A stretch of 37,809 nt of DNA from Seison nebaliae. Its lineage: Eukaryota. Under the pieces are notes generated by a model that was not told the DNA's origin, ran no database searches, and saw nothing but the letters and a program-made list of their open reading frames with translations. Positions 25,141 through 35,551 of the stretch are shown here, piece after piece. Made by a program: the position numbers and the translations under genes. The stretch spans positions 62,001 through 99,809 of the forward strand of contig JALJEE010001120.1 in assembly GCA_023231475.1 (NCBI GenBank), written 5' to 3'. Numbering within the stretch: the stretch's first letter is position 1; the number at the start of each line of letters is the position of its first letter.

Positions 25141-26959
25141 TGCTGATTCCAAATTATATTTATTTCTTCTCGTTGATGAGAGCTTCACTTTCACAATCTT
25201 ATCTAAATAACTTTTCTGTTTTTTCAGTCTTTTATTTTATAATGTTTGACTTGTTTCGTATTTTTTGGGAAATTATTTTCATTTATATTTACTCTCATTT
25301 TATTAGCAAGAGAATCATATTTTCTCGCAAAAAATAGGCCTTTCATAGACCTCGGTTGTCATAGGCCTTTCAATAGAGCATTTATGTTCACGATTTGCGA
25401 ATTGACTCCTTTGTCATTACTCTTGGTGCAGTTCCAACGTATACACAATGTGAGAGCTTCTCGTCGCCTCTCCAGTTTTTTTGAAACTAATACTCAATTA
25501 ATTATCCTCTTTCACTTGAGGATGCGCTATTGTTGACGTCAAACTTCAACATTTCCTCCTATGTTCCTGATTCTCTCAAAAATTACATAGAAGCAGGGAG
25601 GAGTTTGTTACTTAATAACTCTTTTAAGGATTTATCTTTATTTCTTTATAATTTACCCCGCGGGGATTTGGTCTAATAATAAAAAAAAACCTATATCCTA
25701 AAACCGATGTATGATAAGTAAAACGTAAAATTAGGTTCTGAATGTATCAATTTCTTTACCTCTTACAATCCATTGTTAATCTTCTTCTTACAATAAACTT
25801 GATAGTTTAAACTATTTCTATTAAACTTTTGCGAAATGTGGCTAAACAAATAGTTTAAACTAAACAAAAACATTTATTTTACTCATAGTTCAGTTTAAAT
25901 GAGGCAAAATATTAAGATGCACATTTATTCGTTAATAAAATTGTTATACAATAACACTTCCTTCTCGAAACTATTGGTCGATTGGTTTGACATTGCGTCA
26001 AAGATGCAAGAATGACTAAAATTAAAATTCCATATTTTATTAATAAGAAAAAATTAGTTTTTCTCGCTTTTCAAAATTCCAATACATTTGAATAACATGA
26101 AAACATTTTCTCACCGAACTTTCATAAACTGATAATTTATTATTAATAATTAATTCATAACTCAGTTAAAGATTAGTTTGGATTTTTTGCAACTGTTCTT
26201 TTCTTCCAACGGTTCGATGAGCGGTTTAGAATATCAAAATTCTTCCTCGTCAAAAGATCTTCAGTATTCACGTAAAATATTTGAATCGAAAAAATTGATG
26301 TTGGTATCGACTTCAATGAACTCAAACTATCTGATCATGACCATCTTCGAATCATACTCCGTATGAATAGGAACCATATGAAGTCTGGATTTTTTTCTCA
26401 AAATGTATAGGAGAATCGAGTCTTATTACACTCGAATGACGAATCACTTGCACAGTCCTTCACATGTGAGAGGAAAATCGAGAGTAGGAAAGTGAAGAGA
26501 ACTAGTTAAGAGAATTTTAATAATGAGAAATTATTAATGAATGCGCGTCCATTTATACCGGATGATTATACAATGATGAACTATGAAGTGTTGCACAATA
26601 CAACATGCCTTACTGACGATGTTGAATTCAATTACGTATTGATAGTCCCATCATAACAAGTGAACAAACGATTTCACATATTGATTCCATAAAGGTTTAT
26701 CAGAACATGCAATGATTTAGTGAGTATCTGTGAAAATTATAATGGTTTGTTCTGATTTGTTCTACCGTTCAAAAAATTACTAATGAGAAACGTTTTATCT
26801 CATACTTAAAATTTTTATTTCTAGTTTTCCATTCTATTACACGAACATGTTAGAATTATATAGGAACATTAAATTTATTATTAAAGAATTAAGACGATTA
26901 AGATTTATTGGGGGGAGGGAGGGGAGGAGGATGGTTTAGAGAAGGATAAAGGGCAAATA

Positions 26960-28003
26960 TTAAATGGTGCAAACACAGATAATTAAGATGATAACGAAAC
27001 AAGCGACTACAGTAAATAGAATAAAAATTCCAAAATATATGTAATGTTGTTGAATTTCCATTTTGGACATTTGTGGATGTTCGGACTTGAATAATAATTC
27101 CTTAACCGTAAAACGGACATTCTGGAAAAAAGTTTCTTGATGTGGAACGATGGAGCGTTGGCTTCTCTCACTCTCTTCCACTTTATTGTTCGCTTTCTTC
27201 GTTTGATACATACTCTTCAAATCGTGTTTGCAGAACGGTTTCAATTGTTGGGCATAACGACACCGACGTTTCTGATAGATGAATCCGTTGTCACAATTGG
27301 AATCGTTGACATCTAAACATCGTCGTTTTCTCATCATCCATTTCTGACATTGTTTCATCAACTTTTTGATATTGGTTTGGAAGATGATTGTACTGTCGCT
27401 ACGTTTCTTCTGAGTGAACATTTCGAATTGTTTTCCGTCTTCCATTGAACATTGACTCGTATCCCAAATGGTCCATCGATAATTTCTCTTTCGTCTTCTC
27501 AATGAAATTAATCTTTTTTTTCGTTCGTTATCTGGTAAATGTTGACCACGATAAGGTGTGAGATGCATATGTTTATAGGCCGATTTCCTCCAAAACACTT
27601 GTGGCTCTTTTCGATAGAGTGGCGCATTCATAAACTCTTTCAATCTCTCTCTATGTCTCTCTTTGGAGGATTCGAAGAAATATTTGGCATGCTGTTTGGG
27701 ACACTCCCAAGGGAACAAACTACAATGATAGGGACCTAAAACGGAATCTGGTCTATCTGCCGGTAAGCCTTTCTCGACATATGTCACAATGTCATCGAAC
27801 GAACATTGAATCAACGTCTGTCCACACAATTCATAAAGTGCACGTTTCTGATCTTCGTTCAACAATGTCATGAGAGCCCAGACACCTGGTGAGATATAAT
27901 ACTTTTTATCATTATACTCACCGACGATGTTCGGAAAAATAAAACTTCCACAATGACAATAACTTAAGAAATTAATGAATAAAATGAATAATTCTTTCTT
28001 CAT
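26960..28003 (-). CDS. 347-aa type I membrane protein with TSP1-like repeat
   Basis: Signal peptide, furin-like RRRKR, then WTIWDTSQCS...RKRRC..C...QKRRC, and a C-terminal TM helix. Intronless. Confidence 0.72.
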   Translation of the reverse strand: MKKELFILFINFLSYCHCGSFIFPNIVGEYNDKKYYISPGVWALMTLLNEDQKRALYELCGQTLIQCSFDDIVTYVEKGLPADRPDSVLGPYHCSLFPWECPKQHAKYFFESSKERHRERLKEFMNAPLYRKEPQVFWRKSAYKHMHLTPYRGQHLPDNERKKRLISLRRRKRNYRWTIWDTSQCSMEDGKQFEMFTQKKRSDSTIIFQTNIKKLMKQCQKWMMRKRRCLDVNDSNCDNGFIYQKRRCRYAQQLKPFCKHDLKSMYQTKKANNKVEESERSQRSIVPHQETFFQNVRFTVKELLFKSEHPQMSKMEIQQHYIYFGIFILFTVVACFVIILIICVCTI

Positions 28004-28108
28004 TACTCATTATAAAAAACGGTTATGGAAATGAATAAATTAACAATTATTCGATTGTTCAACTGTCTTCAAATGGAACTTCTTTTTCTTCTTCTTCTTC
28101 TTCTTCTT

Positions 28109-29624
28109 CTACAATCCATCCATTAACGACAGTAAATTCATCGAATTATCCACTCCATTTTTCTTCATTCGACTCTGCATATTCGTCAGATGTTTATTAT
28201 GTTCCGACTACAATTTAAAATTATTTATTATTTTTAATTATTATTATTATCATAATTAATTTAACATTCTCTTTAAATTGGAGTACGGTAAAATTGACTT
28301 TTTCTTCTTTCTCCTCTTCAACATCCGTTCGATACTCATTATAATCTCTAAAAATAATCAATTTTTTCCATTCTATTCAAAATGCTCAACAATTCGTCAC
28401 AGTCGTCAGCGAACAAATCAATTTGAATATCATCTTTCCGTGATTTTTGTTCGCCAATAATCATTTTTTGCAATAAATCCGATTTCCTTACTATAAATCC
28501 TTGATCGATATCAGGTACGACATACGACGATGTCTGAGAGACTTGGTCTGTTGAATTTCTGTAATTACTTGTCGTAGTGGTCGGTGTGTTAATGTACCTG
28601 AATTTATTTTTAAATTTGAACGAAACTATTTGATTTTAAAGACCAACATATTCTCACCCAACTTACTTGGCAATCGATGTCCTTTGTATTTGATGGCGAA
28701 ATTGCCAGGACTATTACAAATAATATATTTAACATTCGTTTCGAATCGTTTCGTTTCCACTACTCTCTTATCCTCGTAATATCTAAGCAATTTTTGATGA
28801 GTGATGGTGTGAGGAAAGAAACCTGATTTCACCTGGTACTTCAGTATCGAATGGCATGAGACCACTATCGTCGATGATGAAGGAACCGTCGGAATTCTGT
28901 TTTTTATTTTTGAGGAAAATCGAGACGCGAATACGCAGATCTTGGAAATAGATAAGGATTTGTTGATAACATGTCAACAATTCATAATCGGACATCTCAC
29001 AATATGCCTAACAAATTAATGTTATGGAAATAAATGATGGAAATAAATGTGAACTTTACGAAATAATTCTGCCGTGAAATCGATATTTCTCAGAACTAAT
29101 TTACAATTGTTCGTATTTCCTTGATTCATCTCCGTCAACATTTGACGTAACGTGTCTAAGTGGGCGAGACTGATAAGAATGCAATCTCGAGGACGGAGAA
29201 CTTTCGTCAACTGATATTTGACAATCATTGTCATCAGATCATATAACTAACAATAAAAAATAAAAAAAGGAAAAATTTTCAAATTAAATTAAATTGAAAA
29301 ATCCTTTCCAAACTTTGTTCATGTTATTTGAATTTAATTTTAAGATGGATGCATGTGCAATCTTGTCGAAAATATTTCTCAGATTCGATGTGGAGAACAT
29401 TTCTTGTGGTTTGAACACCTCCTCCACAAACGGTCGATGAAACATCGAAGTGATGATATCTTGCATAACTGTAATCGGATTAATCACTTCGACTGATCAA
29501 TCAAATTGAAACTTTTTCTTTTCTTTTCACTCGTAATTTCCTGATCGCGTAACCGTTGATCAAGAATGTAAACCATTTCACCACCTAAATTAATTAGTAG
29601 GAATGGAAGGGTTTTCAACGACAT
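28109..29624 (-). CDS. OSCP1: OSCP1 (organic solute carrier partner 1; ciliary protein); 8 exons
   Basis: MSLKTLPFLLINLGGEMVYILDQRL, AHASILKLN..MNK|LYDLMTM.VKYQ, FQDLRIRVSIFLK, EVPGEIR, LGENM|Y and terminal NLLSLMDGL*. Introns 29469-29512, 29247-29313, 29008-29054, 28783-28822, 28598-28647, 28348-28390, 28208-28265. Confidence 0.94.
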
Positions 29625-29715
29625 TCTCCTAATATACTTTTTCCAATATAAAATTGATTTTTTTCCAAAAGTATCGGTTTCTTTAATTTTAGAAAGTGGA
29701 GCAGATACTTTTAAC

Positions 29716-29729
29716 ATTGCCAAGGCAAC
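29716..29729 (-). promoter_or_regulatory. X-box-like RFX site GTTGCCTTGGCAAT
   Basis: Near-match to GTTNCCATGGNAAC, ~90 bp upstream of the OSCP1 ATG. Confidence 0.55.
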
Positions 29730-29863
29730 GACTAAATTCCATAGCATCATTCGAGAAATATCACAAATAAGAACAATCATCACTTTTAACTATTAGTTCT
29801 TAAGCTTTTCATATTATTTATTTATTATTTATATTATTTCTTTCTTAATTTTTATAGAATTTC

Positions 29864-29877
29864 GTTTCCATGGAAAC
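29864..29877. promoter_or_regulatory. Perfect RFX X-box GTTTCCATGGAAAC
   Basis: Exact palindromic X-box within a 22-bp perfect palindrome (29860-29881), ~240 bp upstream of the ciliary gene OSCP1. Confidence 0.8.
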
Positions 29878-29977
29878 GAAAAAGAAGAAATTCGAATCGT
29901 ATAATAATTTAATTAGGAAGAATACAAAGAAAAAAATTGATAGAATTCATTAAAATCGCATGTATAATTATCGACAA

Positions 29978-32812
29978 TTACGCGCCCTTATCCTCTCTCA
30001 AGTTCACCATCATTTGAATAATATTACGGTTTAATGTCGCTAGAATGGCATTGGAATCATCATCATCCTCATCGTTCGTGATTTGTGCAACTCCGTTATT
30101 CGCCAATATCATTTGAACATTAATCGGAGCGACAATTAACAGATTTGTCAATGAATACAACGTATTAAACACTTGATCGACAACGAGTGAATTGCACGAT
30201 TTCAAAACGTCCCGATATATTTTCACATCGAACAATACCATCATTCCACCTGAATATATGTTAAAAAAAATATGTTATTTTATCATTTCTCTCTCATAAA
30301 TCAGGATACAAATGTGAAATTTCTTAAGTGAAATTAAATTAAGATTTTTCTCTTTGAATTTCATTCAGAATTTTAAATTTTCAAAAATTTTCAAAAATTC
30401 CATTAAGTAATTCATAATAATTTTCCAATTTATAAAATTCATCAGAAATAATTGGAGAAGAAGGAGAAAAAGTAAGTACTAACCGAGTTCGTTGTATTCG
30501 AAGCGACAAATATGGTCATAAATTATTCGATGTAAACGTAATCCGTATTCCATTAGAATGGGATGTTGAAATTCGAACTGTTCGATTGGCAGTTTCCGTT
30601 GGGCATCGATACTGACAAGATCGACTTGCGTTTTCTCCACACGATCATTGATGGAGATTTTGGAAATGTTGCCTTTATATCGATTGGTGATATTGAGTCG
30701 ATTAATCTCGTCGATATATCGATGTTCTTCGTTGGCTTGTTCGGAGGTCAATCGGAACAATATGGATTTGATTCGTTTGATTTGTTCGCTGATCACTTTC
30801 GATGTGAATTGACAAGCGACGGTACTCTCCTTCATTTCCAATCCGTTCTGAACCGGTTTATAATCGGTTTTTTTTTGTTTCTGAGTGAGAATTAATTGAA
30901 GATAAGAAATGCAAGCGGAAAGATATTTTTCTTGTCCGTCAATCAATCGTTGTTCGATGGATCGAATGAATTTTAGTTTTTCACTCAATATAATATTCTT
31001 CGATTTCGACGAATAGATGTTGGGTAGAATGAAAGCGTTAGTAATCAAATTTAATTTTAAAACGATAATTTCAATTCGATGAATCGCATGTAACATATCG
31101 AGATTAACACCGTTTGTGAACAAGACATCCTCGCTATTCAGAGCGAGTTGTTGTGATCGATTATTCAAGAGATTTTGTGATGGCAAATTTTGTGTGATGA
31201 GATCGAATATGAAATAAAGAAATTCATCGAACAAGAACTTGAGAAGATAATGATATAATTGAATGACATTCTCTTCGATCTTCTCTCGCCAACTCGTCAT
31301 TTGAACGAAGAGAACATTGTTCATCCGTTTGATGGTTCGATAAAGGACATTGAAGAATTGTTTGACGGTGTTGACAGAAAGGAGTGTAGACAAATCATCA
31401 ACATTGATCAAATTATCATTTGATTCATTTATTTTGATCAGTTTATTAATGGACTGATATTTTTTCATTAATTGATTTGAAATATTTTCGAGATGACGAA
31501 AACGTTTCGATTCATTTGAATAGAATTTTATTAAAATAAATTGTAAAGAATATTGAAAATTTTTCATCTCATTGAAAACGTATCGATTGATCAATGTCTC
31601 ATTACTTTCCATCAATTCCACATAGAATCGATTGACGAATTGATAATCGTTAATTACTCGAACATTAATTAATTCTTCATGAAATCGTTGAATTAATTCA
31701 CAATTATCTTTTAAAAATTCGAGAGAATTAAATGAATTCCTTTCATTATTCTTTTCCTCTCCATCTTCTTCCTCCTCTACGACTACAATTTTACCATTCC
31801 CACTCACTTTCATTCGTTCGATTAAATCGATGGTATAACGACGGAATGATTGTTGATAAATTTCTTTCACAATCTTTTCCGTCGTTTTCTCATTAACATC
31901 GGGATAGATTTGATTCAATAATTTTTGCGAGTCTTCCGCTACTTGAACTAATTTTGTAATGTTGATTATTTCAGACGACGTCTTTCCATTTGACATACCA
32001 CCCCCCGCACGATAATAAATGAGATATTGAAGAATGACAAATTGAATGAATTGTTGATATGAATAGAATGAGATTAACATTCGTGAAATGGAATTTAATC
32101 GATTAATATTCGTTTTATTTAATAAATTCTCTTCAAATTGTTTCTTTACATTTAATTTCATTTCTACATATTTTTTCTCGATATATTTCTTCACGAATTG
32201 ATATCGATCCATATTTATATCGGAACTAATCGAATATAATTTTACCCACAATCGACAATTTCTCTCGTTCATCTCATCGTCCGAATTCGTCGAAGATGGT
32301 GCAGCAGCACATGATGGTAATTGATCGTTAATTTCAATCGTCGAATTGATGAGAATAAAAGTGTCTTCATTATCCAAATTATTTTCATTCTCGATTATAT
32401 CGACGAGAATGGTAAGAACGTCTTTCGTCTCAATTAATCGTTGACGTGGTAAACTGATTTTCTCGAGATCGTGACCGATTCCTGCGATCTTCGTCGCAAT
32501 ATTCGTTATCGAATCATCCAATGTCGTAGCTGTGGATGAAGAATGGACAATACTCTTCTCATTATCATTCAACATCATACTGAAACCGTTCAATTGAGTG
32601 GATGCATAAAAATTCTGACAATCTTCGATATATCTCTGTCTCGTCTCTTCGTATTCCTCGTCTAAATTCTCGAGGACATTATTGAAATAGTCGGTCATGT
32701 AAGAGGCGTCGCGAAGACCATCTTCATCGATGACGGAGATGATAGTTTCTACCGCTTTATTCACATCGAAACCATGAAGAGAATCGGAAGAGAAATTCAC
32801 AAGATTTGTCAT
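29978..32812 (-). CDS. EXOC5: Exocyst complex component 5 (Sec10), divergent; exons 32812-30484, 30249-29978
   Basis: LDDSITNIATKIAGIGHDLE..PRQR, ILTQKQKKTDYKP, STVACQ, EYGLRLHRIIYDHI..FEYNEL|GGMMVLFDVKIYR and LTNLLIVAP.N. Intron 30250-30483. Confidence 0.88.
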
Positions 32813-33615
32813 CTTTTAAAAATTATCATAATTTTTCGTATTTTGAAGCGGAAAATTTGAAATTAGAAAATCTTCCAAGTCATCTTCCCAACAACTCATT
32901 GGACGTTTAATATTATTTCTTTTTCAATTTTATCTTTAAATCAATTATTTTTTCCATTATCATTCGTCCTTCTTCGCCTCTCACTCATCCATCATATCAA
33001 CTGCTGATTAGAGAATAACATTTCGGCTACAAATCTCCCTCATAAATGAATCATGTATCTTTCTTATATAGCTAAATGAATTGTCTTTCCAACACACACA
33101 AACACACGCACACACACACACACACGCACGAGCGAATGAGTAAGTGTGTGAGTGAAATGGGATTTGTGTTTACTTACTCCATTTTCTTCCCATGTCAATG
33201 ACAAATACCGCGTTCCTCATCAAACATATGAATCTCATAAAGTATCATCAATGACTTTTATAAAAGTTTACATGAAAAACAAATATTGTAAGATTGCGAT
33301 GTGGAAACGATAAAAAAAAGTGGAAATTCTCATTTTCCTTTCACATTTTCTCTCCGTCCTGAAATGACCAGAAAATGGTGTGCATTTTTTCTTTCAAGAA
33401 TTCTTTCGTTTCTTTTTCACATTCTATTCTCTAATGTCTTATAAACTTTCTAACTCTTACAAACTAGTCCTTTCTCCACTCAAGTATTATATGTTATATT
33501 TTATTCTTCATTTCCTCATGAAAATCATTTATACTTTTCTTTTATTTTCAATTTAATTTTCCTTCCACTATTCGTTATGTTGAATTTTTCTAATTTTCAA
33601 CTTCGTCAAATGTGA

Positions 33616-35240
33616 TTAAATCCATTCGAATCGAAACCATGGATCATAATATTGGAAGCTCGTTTTCAGAATTGTGATGTAGAGTTCATGATTCGGTATT
33701 TGACCGGGATCGGCTTCGAGAATTGCTTTCAGGAAACCATGAAGTACGGGCGGGAGAGAAGGATAAATCGATTCGATAACAAACTCATTTTTCATCTAAT
33801 AATAATGGGAAATGAGTGAAAAAAAATAATTGGATGGGAACTTTCCTTGTCAATTGAATGAGATATTCCTCGTCTGATGGTTTCATTTCCGGAATATCAG
33901 TACGTAATCCAGCCGCTGGTTCGAATAGTTTCGGATCTTTCGTATAAATACTATTATCTAACTGAAAAGGATATTTTAATTTAAATTTTTTAATTTTAAT
34001 TTAAACTGTTTCCGTATTACTCGCTGATAATCCTTCAACGTTCAGACCGAATTCCTCTCTCTCACTAATATGTCGTTTGATTCGAGCGACTGCTTGAGCG
34101 TCTGATGCTTTATGACTGAAAGCTAAACGTTTCTCCAATATCGCCAGAACGATATGTTCCGCCGACCAAGGTAAAATACCCAAATGTAAATAAATAAGTA
34201 AGAAGGCGAGCGATTCAATATCATCGATCATACGGAGAGTTTGATTTTTGGACGTCATTCTCGGTTCGAAGAGTGATTGTAATGCAGTAATTTTCTCTTC
34301 TTTCAAACTATTCTCATCTCTTAATAGAGGCAAATTCGGATCGTCGTCTAAAGTAGAAATGAATCGACCGTATTGTTTCGTGGGTGTAGAACACACGTGC
34401 ATTCGAGAGAAGTCGATCAAATAAATTTTATTCACTTCATTTCCTTTTCCTACCACGATATTTTTCGTACTCAAATTACTTCCAATTCCAATTTGATTAT
34501 AGAAAAATGAATGGAAAATTTCCGTTTTTTTTTTTTAAATTAATGAAAAGTTTCCATTTTTTTTTTCAAATCAATAAATAATTTTCGTTATTGAAATATT
34601 TGATTGAAAGAAGAAAATTTAACTTGTATACCAATCCCAGATTGTGTAGAGTGCTCAATTGGAGCAATACCATAATTCCGATATAGGAGATGGATTTCAA
34701 CGACAATTTATCTTTCAATCGCAATTGTAACGAGTGAATACTGCCCCGATGCAATTGCATAGAGATGAATTCGTACATTTTCTCATTCTTCACATCTTTT
34801 GTCGACGATTTAACTGGTATTCGACCGTAAGCATAAACCGTTGAGAATCGATACATGTACGGCACATGTTTTTTGAGAATTTTATAAATTAAATATTCGT
34901 GACATAACGATTGGCGATTCTTTTCGTCTCTTTCACCGCCTCCATTTAACAATTTCAAGGCAATATTAATCTGCAACAATTTATCATGACATTCGAGTAG
35001 AGAGACTCGATTCGACGCTTCCAAATGATCTAGAACTTCGTATCGACCTTCAATCGTCGTTCCAATCGGAAAGTCAGATTCCAGAGTTTCTGGTGCGTTA
35101 GGAGCGGCGTCGACTAGTGAACACAAATTGAGTAATTGATATGTTTCCAAATCAGTCGAATCTTCTCTCACTAAACAACTTCGTGAGAAATCGGTTCGTT
35201 GTGAAGTAATGAATTCGATGGACTTCTTTTTCAGTGCCAT
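33616..35240 (-). CDS. CK1-group (CK1/TTBK/VRK-like) kinase-fold protein, probable pseudokinase; 4 exons
   Basis: IALK, HEYLIYKIL, QLSTLHNLGLVY|NNLSTKNIVVG, KIYLIDFS, DDIESLAFLLIYLHLGILPW and terminal FEW. Introns 34479-34623, 33962-34006, 33796-33841. Confidence 0.82.
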
Positions 35241-35551
35241 TTAACGCCCCTTTTGTCTCTCACCTTTTAAAGTGTATTTCTAACTTGAAAATTTTTATCA
35301 CGAAATTTCTAACGGAAAAAGAAAATTTTTTTTCATTAAAAACTTCGAACCTTCAACAATTCCATAATTATTCCGTTTGTTTGGAAAAGAGAATTTTTTA
35401 TTTAATTTAATTTTTATTGGAAATAATAAATTTAATTAGGAAATCTATTTTATAATTATATTATAAATATGTTTAAAAATAACGGTTGACTTCTTTTTGA
35501 AAAAATTTGACAGACAATATGAAATAGGATGTGGAGGGAGTGGAGAGGAAA

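Noticed and set aside
331..34623. Unusual donors as U12-type (minor spliceosome) introns
   Set aside because: U12 donors are RTATCCTT with a TCCTTAAC branch site; neither is present and no AT-AC intron was found.
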